Of a DNA stretch of 50,415 bases, positions 1-23,854 are shown one piece after another; position 1 is the stretch's first letter; each line of letters starts with the position of its first letter. The notes under the pieces are model-generated. The model worked only from the letters and a program-made list of their open reading frames with translations. It ran no database searches and had not been told where the DNA came from. The stretch is from Catajapyx aquilonaris (lineage: Eukaryota). The stretch spans positions 1 to 50,415 of the forward strand of contig KZ538736.1 in assembly GCA_000934665.2 (NCBI GenBank), in the 5' to 3' direction. A program made the translations under genes and the position numbers.

Positions 1-592
1 CACTCTCCACATGACGATGTCCGAACACGACCAGTTGCCAGGTAATGCCAAAGTCGTTGTTTACACTTGTTATATGCTATTGTGTCCAGCACTGTACCCA
101 TCATAATGACGACATATATGGAGGGGGTCTAGCTTAAGAGGCCCAATCTTCCTTAGTATTATACTAGCCAACAGGACTGATATGGCCACATGTAGTTCAC
201 ATGTAGGGCTACAACATACGTGAAAACCAGCGAAAAATAAAGGTGTATAATTTTAAAAATTAAATGTTTAAAATTTGCAATTTCAATCTTTTTAACGCAA
301 TTTCTGTCTACACCCCTCAGTTGTATGTTATTATAGAAAGTCAGCCAACAAAATTGTTGGATACGCAATTCGTGTTGTACAGAAATTCACTCACGGAGAA
401 TAGGCCCCGCATTTAGTTCTTGCCCTAGGCCCCGCACCCACCTAGGGCTGGCCCTGCTCTGAATTATCACTCATCATTGTGAAAAGCTTCGCCTACAACT
501 ATTATGGCAAAGATACACACATTGGGTATGGGCCTACTGGCCCAAATGTTCACTGGTGAAAGTTACACCTCTGGACCAAATATAGCCCATGA

Positions 593-1162
593 CAGTAAAA
601 CATCGATATAATGCTCTTCAAGGGACGGCCCAAAAGTAGCGTTATAAGCGGGATAGTGTTATATGCGGGTAATACGATTTAATTCATCCTTTTCTTTTCT
701 TTGCTATGTAGATGGATGCTTATAAACCACGTTAACCTGACTTGACCTAACCTAACCATGCACCACGTACACCCCAAAAAATACTATCCCCCGAAGAATC
801 CAAAATAATAGTGACTAACCAGTCATAGTTCACATAAGCCACCTCTCTGCAACGTTCACATAATGCAACTCTTGGCCCACCTCCTTACACCATCCCACAA
901 TGGCCATCATACCTCCAAAGTGTATAGAGAAAATGCCCTGTTAGTAATCTCTTATTATCAATTGTGACGTTATATGTGGTATAAGTGTCTCTGGGGACCA
1001 GGAAAACCGAGTGATATTTGCGGGAGAGCATTACAAGCGGGAAGCGCTAGAAGCAGGAAAATTTACCATTGGGCCTTATGGGGCTGACCAAGGGACCGGA
1101 AAAAAGGGACATTAAAAGCAGGAAAGCATTATATGCGGGAGTATTCTGTTGAGGTTTTACTC
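593..1162. mobile_element. Tc1/mariner (pogo/Tigger-like) MITE
   Basis: TIR CAGTAAAAC.TCGATATAA with subterminal TTATA(A/T)GCGGG repeats; homolog at 18631-19419. Confidence 0.75.
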
Positions 1163-1419
1163 TATAATTATTTCAGATGCACTGAGAAGAAGGCAATGAT
1201 GGGTCCTAACTGAGGTGAGTAATAATCCAGCAATAAGAAGTAAGCATAGCAAAGTGTGCAACCATAAACCAACAACCTGTTATATTCAAACTATGATTTG
1301 CTATTTTACCCTTTATCTGATCCATGAATATGAGCAGGAGCACTTTTTTCTGGCATGACGTTGTACCGAGCAATTATTGGTTGATAGTGCTCAACACATC
1401 AGGTTTGCAGGTTTTTGTA

Positions 1420-1843
1420 CAGGGTGAAGGGAAACTCGTGCATAAGTGCCAGTTAGACTGATAGTACTCACAAAACTAATATAGGGATGTGCAAGTAGTT
1501 TTGGGTGCCTTTGCGTAGTTAATGCGTACGGCCAGATGGTAAAATATGAGGTAGAAACGACAAAGTACACAGGTGTCATACCCGGATTCTTACACTGACA
1601 GGATCTGATCACCTATTGCACATGGACAATGCGTTGCGGACCCAAGGCCGGATTATTCGGAGGCCCTCCAGCTGAGTGTCGCTTCTTTGAAACTGGAGAA
1701 GAGGATGTGACATAATGAAACTTTAAAGGAGCCGCATGTATTAACTAAGCAATGGCACCCAAAACTAATTGCACATCCCTATATTAGTTTTGCGAGTGCT
1801 AAAAGTCTACCTGGCCATTATGCGCGAGTTTCCCTTCTCCCTG
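1420..1843. mobile_element. Tc1/mariner-like MITE with ~110-bp inverted arms
   Basis: cagggtgaagggaaactcgtgcataa... versus ...ttatgcgcgagtttcccttctccctg. Confidence 0.65.
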
Positions 1844-1904
1844 TTCAGGGATGGGGAATATTGCCCCTATGATCATGTTGCCTCAAACAACTGTACAGCT
1901 TTTA

Positions 1905-15401
<13,497 letters not shown>

Positions 15402-15625
15402 GGTTGCAATGGGCAGTTACTTTCTGCCTTCTGCAGTACCAACAGTCAACAGGCAACAGCCCAACACCCACACCCAACCTGATCCAGCAGCAGCCACACT
15501 GCCTGACTGCCACAGCCGCGGTCATAACCTCAACTGGAGACGGGCCATCTTGCGGCCACTTTGCGCGGCGGACTTCCGCGCGGCGCCTATTCAAATGTGG
15601 CAGCGGGCAAATCTTGCGCAGAATC
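15402..15625 (-). promoter_or_regulatory. CpG-rich XYLB 5'UTR/promoter
   Basis: Local CpG enrichment immediately upstream of the ATG, with a YY1/Pho-like GCCATCTTG and an ETS-like ACTTCCG. Confidence 0.45.
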
Positions 15626-15628
15626 ATT

Positions 15629-15861
15629 GGGTGGAATTTTCGTCCCACTGCTAGTTACTGCTAACTTAGCAGTACCATTGCCAACACTGGTATTGCTAAC
15701 AAGTAAGTTAGAAGTAACTATCAGTGGGACGAAAATTCCACCCATTATTCATTAGGTGGAATTTTCGTCCCACTGCTGGTTACTGCTAACTTAGCAGTAC
15801 CAGCGTTGGCATTGGCACTGCTAAGTTAGCAGTAACTAGGAGTGGGACGAAAATTCCACCC
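15629..15861. mobile_element. Tandem dimer of a ~110-bp palindromic MITE
   Basis: Two units GGTGGAATTTTCGTCCCACT...AGTGGGACGAAAATTCCACC (15629-15743 and 15754-15861). Confidence 0.75.
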
Positions 15862-16215
15862 AATTGAGTTCGCCCGATGCACATTACCAACTAGGTGTAT
15901 TACTGGCAGTATAGCTACAGTACCGGTACCTAGAATTATTCTAGGTACTATAGTATAGCTAGCTGTATGCCAGTAAAATCAGGGATGACCATTGACCATA
16001 TTTTAGAAAATGAACATAAGGCGGCCAATCAGCATACCAGTTGTAAGGCGAGGTATGCCAGTTAGATGGAAATCAGCAGATGTCACAGTTTGGTGTTCTG
16101 CATTGTTCCCAAAGGCATTTTCTGAACTATCACAAGGTAAAAACCACCCACACATATTATTTACAAGAAGCGCAGAAAAAATGACAAAATATTGTTAGCC
16201 TACCTGTGAGGTGTA

Positions 16216-16478
16216 ATAATAATGGATACCCCGTGATAAGCCTCCTTGGGCTCTTTAGGGGATCATCTTTTGAATAACCGTCTTTAATCATTTGCCTGTA
16301 ATGTGATGGATTTTGATAGTGGGAGGAAACGGGAGAACCCCGAGAAAGCCCACGCGAACATGGAGAGAACCCATCGAAACTCTATCCACATAAGTATTCT
16401 CTGCCTGATCCGGGGATCGAACTCGGGACCTTAGAGGTGGAAGGCTGCGGCGCTAACCACTCCGCCACCGTGTCGCCC
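16216..16478 (-). mobile_element. tRNA-derived SINE, family C
   Basis: Homologous to 6527-6822; TSD (c)ctgtgaggtgta on both sides. Confidence 0.88.
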
Positions 16479-16670
16479 CTGTGAGGTGTATTGCTCATTT
16501 ATTTATTTGTGATGGTAAGAAAGGTGGAAATCATGAAGAAATTGCCCCACTTTACACCAGCCGCAGCCCCCTGGTCAGCCCCTTGATATCCCAGCAAGCC
16601 ACAATACAACTGGTAATATGACAGTTGTTTTGTATTTCACTTAACCCATTAAGCAGTATGTTTTCCTTAA

Positions 16671-16956
16671 CCCTGGATCCGTGCCGTGGGGTCTTTTCGG
16701 ACCCCAAAGGAATTAAAATGCATTAAAATTACAATTACAAATGAACTGTTTGCCATATTTTAAAAGTATATAACAGGAAGTGCACGTTTATTTTGAATTA
16801 GCGATCATTTTAGGCATTGTTCAAATGATGATTGTATATAGTCAGTACATTGAAAGGTATTATATAAAAATTAATAAAAATTAAAATATGGCGTGGGGTC
16901 CTTTAGGACCCCACGGCACGGTTCCCGTGACTTTCAGGCACGGCACGGTTCCAGGG
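16671..16956. mobile_element. piggyBac-type MITE
   Basis: TTAA-CCCTGGA.CCGTGCCGTG...CACGGCACGGTTCCAGGG-TTCA; second copy at 18194-18475. Confidence 0.8.
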
Positions 16957-17019
16957 TTCAACTACCTGCCATCCAGCTCCATTTTCATTCACTTTCACAA
17001 TCTTCCCAGCTTATGACAA

Positions 17020-17320
17020 TATAGGGAAAGAGTAGGCCTTATTGGCGCACGGGAGGTGGCAAGGTGAGTGGTGGCTGGGGGCAGCTTGGCTGCGTCGCAA
17101 AGGCAAGGATGCAAAGATCGATTTTTTGGATTTTGGAAGGGGTATGCTGTACCAACCTAACCTAAGCAAGCCTAATCTTCCTTCCTTGCAGATATATACA
17201 GACCTATCTTCAGCGGATACATGCCTATCCTTTACCCTTGCCTTTGCCACACAGCCCGCTGCCCCCACCCTACTTCCCTCCTGCCTCCCGCACACCAGTA
17301 AGGCCAACTCTATCCCAATA
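17020..17320. mobile_element. MITE with ~40-bp imperfect TIRs
   Basis: tagggaaagagtaggccttattggcgcacgggagg versus cctcccgcacaccagtaaggccaactctatccca. Confidence 0.55.
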
Positions 17321-17629
17321 TAGACCCAATGCATTGTGATTGTGAGGAAAATGAGCCCTTTAATTAATTTATGGTGCCTGCAAGAATAAGTGCCATTTGA
17401 ATATGTTGTGTTTCAATACTCAAAATACAACAGAAAAAAGGCTCTCCTGAACAATAAAATTCATAACATCACATTTGCCTGCATGTATTTTTGTCATCAC
17501 ACAAAGCCCAGTACAACAATGTTATTTTATCACTGTCAAATCAAATCTGGATTTCTGTTTATAACAAAAGTCATTACTTTCCATTTGTTTAGCACCACTT
17601 TTCCTTTTCAAACTGAACAATAAACATTC

Positions 17630-17930
17630 ACTATTTGCAATATTTTGAGTCTTTCGGGGGTGTGTTGAGCATAAAAAATGCTCTTGCAGACTCTCACACA
17701 TAAATTGCTTCGCTAAAACTTGCCACTGGTTCTGACTCGGCTTCATCGTCATCATCACCGTCTTGCCCCTCTAGCTTGTTGCATCTGGCAAGTAAAGGTG
17801 CGTTTGCAAGCTGGAGAGAATCGGTTGTAGTGAAAGCAAGAAGCCAATTCTCTCCCTCCAATTCTTCCTTGATATCTCACCCATAGTAAAATGTCTCAAA
17901 GTCACTTGAAAACACCAGATCTCGTGAACC
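17630..17930 (-). pseudogene. Degenerate relic resembling the C-terminus of a pogo/Tigger transposase
   Basis: SDFETFYYG*DIKEE...DGDDDDEAESEPVASFSEAIYV*ESARAFF: an acidic run followed by a PVxSFxEA helix, with in-frame stops. Confidence 0.4.
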
Positions 17931-18193
17931 TGTGAACAGACCTTAAGCACTATGTCGCACAGCTAGCTACAATGGGGAAATGTGATGTGACATCACATTC
18001 CAAAAATATTAACCACTGTTATTACCACTGATACATTCTAACATAGTAACATTTGCATATGTGTGTGGTTTTGTTCTTCCTTAAATATGATCAATCCAAG
18101 ATTCACTTTCTTTGGAACTCAAAATTCTGACCAATAGATGCATGAAAACAATAAATTGAGGAATGATGGATGAGTTTAATTTAAATTGTTTAA

Positions 18194-18475
18194 CCCTGGA
18201 ACTGTGCCGTGGGGTCTTTTTGGACCCCAAAGAAAAAAATGCACTAAAATGATCATTACAATGAACTTTTGCCATTTTTTTACAGTATAAAACAGGAAGT
18301 GCATGTTTATTTTGAATTAGCGATCATTTCAGGCATTGTACAAATAATGATTGTATATAATCAATACATTGAGTAGTATAATATAATAATTAATAAAAAT
18401 TAAAATATGGTGGGGTCCGAAAAGACCCCACGGCACGGTTGCCGTAATACTCGTAGGCACGGCACGGTTCCAGGG
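18194..18475. mobile_element. piggyBac-type MITE (second copy)
   Basis: TTAA TSD on both sides; same TIRs and body as 16671-16956. Confidence 0.82.
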
Positions 18476-18630
18476 TTAAATAGGATTTATTCCAGGGCCC
18501 TGGAAATTGAATAATAGATTCAGGAAAAGGATACATCTGGGAATGACATATTGAGGTTTGACTTCATTTAAATAATGTCACTAGTGTAGGGGTCACGGCC
18601 AGGCCAGATACTCATTCAGAAATCTGACTA

Positions 18631-19419
18631 CAGTAAAACCTCAATATAACGCTCTTCAAGGGACAGCCCAAAAGTAGCGTTATAAGCTGGATAGCGTTAT
18701 ATGTGGGAAATACGATTTAATTCATGCTTTTCTCAGGAAATTAATGCCTTCACTGTTTCTATGAGGATTGAAGCCTATAAACCACGGTAACCTGAACTGA
18801 CCTGCCAACATACCAAGTAGTCTTTCCTGAACGTTTAGGACCACCTTCATCCAGAGGTTTTTCATTTCTCAAGCTTAAACTTGCAAAAAAAATTAAGGTG
18901 TAAGGTACGGTTGAAAGCGTCTTCAAAAGAGCTGTAAAACAAAAAGGAAACTGTCATCCTAGGTTCCACATAAGAGATTTTAATTGTTTTGTCCTTTTAA
19001 AATATCAAAAAAACCTACATTTTCAACTATAAATATCAATAAATAAAGGTGACATTACGTATTGACACATGGTTTTTTATGACAAGATATAAATGTCGAA
19101 CAAGGGAAAAATCCACAAAATATTTTTTTAAATCTGTAGCTGAATTAGAGTTTTTTAAAAATTCTGTCACTTTCCTCACCATGATCGCGATTATGGGGAG
19201 GAAAGTGATGGAAACTGATGTTATATGAGGGATAAATGTCTCTGGGGACCAGGGAAACTGAGCTGTACAGTCTATGTAGGAAAGCGTTAAAAGTGAGAAG
19301 CGCTATAAGCGGGAAAGTTTACCGTGGGCTTTATGGGTGATGATCAAGGGACCAGAAAAAAAGCAGAATTAAAAGCGGGAAAGCGTTATATGCGGGAGCG
19401 TTATATCGAGGTTTTACTT
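18631..19419. mobile_element. Tc1/mariner (pogo/Tigger-like) MITE
   Basis: TA-CAGTAAAACCTCAATATAACGCTC...GAGCGTTATATCGAGGTTTTACT(T)-TA; ends shared with 593-1162. Confidence 0.78.
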
Positions 19420-19508
19420 TATATTTAAGTCACTTTGGAATGCACCTTGTTTTTTTTTCCAACATAGAACAAAGATTCATTGAATCAATAATGATATAAA
19501 TAAACATT

Positions 19509-19938
19509 TTATATTACATCAACATCACATGGTGGAAGGGAGTTCTCATTCTCCATTCCACCGGTCATACAAGAATAGTACTGATTTATTAAAGGGTTAA
19601 TTTCTTCATCGCTCACTTTGTCACAGAGAAAGTATTTGATTGCCAAGTTGTCCCAGTTGTCTCCTACAAACTTCTCCCCATTATTCTGACAAATTCCCCA
19701 TTCATACTGTCTCATTGACTCTTCTAGACTTACAAAATCCAACAAGTATGAGCACACATGGTAAAGTGTGTCTCTTGACTTAGGGTTGAGATGCAAACTC
19801 TTTTTGAAGTGATACATGCAGGGTCCAAGTGCTTCTTTACTTTTCAGAGCCATTTCTCGCTCTACTCGGGCAAGAAAAAGAGTCTGAAGTGTGTTTTCAG
19901 GAGCAGCCTTTGAGCTTTCTAGTAGAATGGAGTGCACT
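19509..19938 (-). CDS. FANCG-like terminal coding exon 5
   Basis: VHSILLESSKAAPENTLQTLFLARVERE...HFKKSLHLNPKSRDTLYHVCSYL...DVDVI*; the phase-2 junction matches exon 4. Confidence 0.85.
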
Positions 19939-22900
19939 CTGGAAATAATATTTTTTTGTAATTAGGCTTTTCCACAAAAGAGAATACCATCTGGCATGGC
20001 AACATAATTATATAAAATGACAGATGTAAATAATTAGTTACCCAAGTGGGTAACTTATACATGGTCAGAAGGTTATTATCTACTTTAAAAATGTAGTCAC
20101 TTTAATTGAAACCAAACTTGCATGAATACTGTTACATATAAAAGTTCATGGCTTGCTGGGTGGTTGCTCTGAAATCATAGTTGAAATCTACAACGGATTT
20201 GACCATATAATAATGGATACCTCGTGATAGGCCTCCTTGGGCCCTTTAGGAGATCATCTTTTAATTCACCGACTTTAATCATTTGCCTGTAATGTGATGG
20301 ATTTTTAAGTGGGAGGAAATGGGAGAGCCCCGAGAAAACCCACGCAAACACGGAGAGAACCCATCGAAACTCTATCCACATAAGTGTCCTCCGTCCGACC
20401 CGGGGATCGAACTCAGAACCTCCGAGGTGGAAGGCTAAGGCGCTAACCACTACGCCACCGTGTCGCCCTGGATTTGACCATATGCAAATAGTGAGAAGAG
20501 CTGCCAAGAATCCCCTTGCCCTCCCTCTCCCGTCCTCCTTTTCCTGCTCTTGTGCACGTCCAAATCCATTGTTGCTTCTATCCGATAAACAGTTTTAAAG
20601 AAAGCTATATCTGTCATTGCTGCATAACAATAATTAGGTAAGCACACTTACAAACTCTGAACATAACTATTACCTTCATTGTTGGGCCACAATAATTTTT
20701 TTTGGCAATGCACAACAGATGATGAAAAATCACAAACTTGCTCTTTCCACAGCATCACTTACAAATGAGCGTCTTTTTAAACTAAATTCACCTGATCTTT
20801 TGTACTCGCTCATTTACGACATCAGGACTTACTTCATCCAGTTAGAGTGTAACTCAGGCTTTATTATGATATTGCAAGAATTTTTATATGCATCAGTATT
20901 CATGCAGTTTGGCTGCCAATTGAGGTGAATACAGGTAGCCTCCCTTTTACGCCTGTCTATTTTACACTGTTTCACATTAACCCGTTCGCTACCAGATAGG
21001 CCCGAACAACGTAGTATTCGGCTTACGACTATTCCTAAGATACGGACAAGATATTTTACCAATTATAACAGCCATACTTACCAGATCTGGGAAAATGCTA
21101 TGAGTGTGTCTGGAACAATTTTACTTGTCTAGAAGTCCCTAAATTAATTTCCAAAAAAGGGCTATAAAAACTCTAAATTAGAGTATTACCGACCAACTGT
21201 TAGGCTGATTTAATTATGAAATGCGTGAAAACATGTGGAATAACAACCTTGAGAACCATGCCAGAAGAATTTGCTGAAATCTTCGTACTTTGCGAGAAAT
21301 AAATTAATACCGGTACTCATTTTCAGCTTTCTCCCAAACTCCAAAATTTATTTGCTTCTCATGAAGTATGACTATTTCAGCAAATTCATCTCATACTCAT
21401 TTGGGAGTTTTCCGAAGTGCCATAAAGCCGCAAATACGTATTAATTTATTTCTCGCAAAGTACAATGATTTCAGCAAATTCGTCTGGCATGGTTCTCAAG
21501 GTTGTTATTCCGTATATTTTCACGCATTTCATAATTAAATAAGCCTAAAGGCCGGTATCCACGTACAAGATTTCTCGCATACAAGGAGCCAACTGTGCAT
21601 GCCCGGATCCGAGGAACGAGAAAAAGTTGAAAATTTTCAACTTTAATCCCCTTTTCGAGGGACAAGAGGGGCCCTGAGGCGACAAAGAGTCTGTCTCGAC
21701 ATACAAGATTTCTCGCGTAAGAGGATTCGCATACGAGGAACTCGCACGTCGATACCGGCCTTAACTGAACTGGCACCCACCCCCTAAAGACCAATTTTTA
21801 CAGTATATAGCAACAGCCCTAATAAACGCGATAGTAAACATAAACCAAATACTCATAAATTCTCTTAGATTCAAGGATTCAATTGTCACAAGCAAGTCAA
21901 ACACTTCTTTCGGTACATCTAGTAGACGGAGATGACGAAATTGAGCCTTTCTGTACATGTGGCCTACTCTCGACCCTTTGGCTGGGAAATGAGAAAATTT
22001 TCCGTACTCGCCAACATGAACTTCGACTTAGGGAGACTGAAAATGCATTGATATCCCATCGAAAGGCCCTGCCAGCACTTCGAGTTATAGAAATTCGAGT
22101 TAGGGAAGTTTATTTCCTATTCTTTTACATTGTGACCAACCAAGCTCATCATTTTCTTTGACTTATAGAGGACTTCGACTTATAGAAGTTTTACTGTATA
22201 TTTCTTTTTTTTTTTCTATTACCCCGTGATAACCCAATTGGGGTTTATAGGGGAGTGGATTACCACCATTTTAGAAATAATTTTTCATTTTACTTCAATC
22301 TCCGTGCAAGGACTTTCAGGATATAGGGTAGGGATAGGGACTGTTGGGGAGGGGACACTAGTGCAGGTGCGATGTCCTAGCCTTTGGGCCATGTGCAGTA
22401 CCCCAGGAGGTTAGGTTGCCAGACACCTCCTTGGTGCAGGTCAGAGACCATCCCGACGCAGGTGAAAGGAAGTTCCCCAGGCGGGGATCGAACCTGGGGG
22501 CTTTCATTCAGCAAGCCGAGACGTTACCATCTCGGCCACCACACCTCCCCAGTTTTACTGTATATGAACTTGTTAGACTGAGTGAAGAGTTCTCATTGTA
22601 TTATATAGTATCAAAATCAAAAGAAATAGTTAATAATTCCCAACACTAATAGAAGCACGCATTATTACGTCACATACTGTTTAAATAACAAATACACAAA
22701 AGCATGTGTCTCCCCCCCTTAAAATAAGAAGGGTAGAATTTTGCATGTTGGATATTGTATTGCAAACTGTAAATAAATGAACATTGATTGATTGATTGAC
22801 TGAATGATTGATAGATAATTAAATCAGCCTAACAGTTAGTCGGCAGTACTCTAATTTAGTTTTCATAGCCCTTTTTTGGAAATTAATTTAGGGACTTCTA

Positions 22901-23801
22901 GATGAGTAAAATGGTTCCAGACACATTCATAGTGTTATCCCAGATCAGGTAAGTATAGCTGTTATTATTGGTAAAATACCGAAGCAGGTTGGAGTAGTTG
23001 ATATAGATATTTAAACGCCTGCTAATTGGGAGGTCCTGGGTTCAAATCCCGGGGCCGGCGACCTTGACCGTGGGTTTCTGTGGTTTCCCACGGTCCCCCC
23101 ATAAAAATAGGCCGCAGCCGCTTCCTTCCGTCCCTTTCCAGGTGCGAAGAGGCAGAAAAATCGAAAAAAACTGACGGTGGTATGCCACCCCCCTAAAAGG
23201 GTTCCACCCTATCATGGGGTAAAAAATTTAAAATAATAATAATAATAATAAATAAATAAATAATTGGTAAAATATCTTGTCCGTATCTTCGGAGTAGGCA
23301 TAAGCCAAAATCTACGTGGTTCAGGCCTATCTGGTAGCGAAGGGGTTAATAACTTTATCAAAATAAGGAGGTCATGGTGGTCTAGTGGCTATGCTACTGG
23401 CCAGCCAAGCTGGAGGTCTGGGGTTCAAATCCCGTCCCTGTCACCTTCGCTTGGTCAGGTCTTTTTCCGCTTTTCACCCGACATGTCCAGGCAGATTGCA
23501 CTTACTTCTCTGCCCAGGGCCAAGAGAAAAGATCTGGTATTTAAGATGGTCAGAAATGACTACTTAAGAGCACCCTCCCTTGGGAACCTCTCAACACCCA
23601 TGCCCAAGAGGGCCCCGGGCCCTATCACAGGGTATTACAAACAAACTTTCTCAAATTACCTAAAAATGAGATTTTTTTAGAAAAATTGAAAAATTGCAAA
23701 TAACAGCACTTGTGAGCCCAGTCATGTAATAAGGACCTCTTTTGCTTTTTATGGTGCATTGTGGCAGGGTCTAGAGACATAATTATACAGTACTGTATTG
23801 T

Positions 23802-23854
<53 letters not shown>

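Larger units (their letters stand above)
20981..23345. mobile_element. piggyBac-type foldback MITE split by nested insertions
   Basis: TTAA on both sides; CCC(G/C)TTCGCTACCAGATAGG termini; inverted arms of about 240 bp (20981-21217 versus 22814-23345 minus the SINE). Confidence 0.75.

Noticed and set aside
733..757. CCTAA repeats resembling an arthropod (TTAGG)n telomere
   Set aside because: Only 2-3 degenerate units, internal to a MITE.
15629..15861. Repeat-spacer-like pattern resembling a CRISPR array
   Set aside because: The units are inverted arms of a palindromic MITE in eukaryotic DNA; there is no direct-repeat/unique-spacer periodicity and no cas genes.
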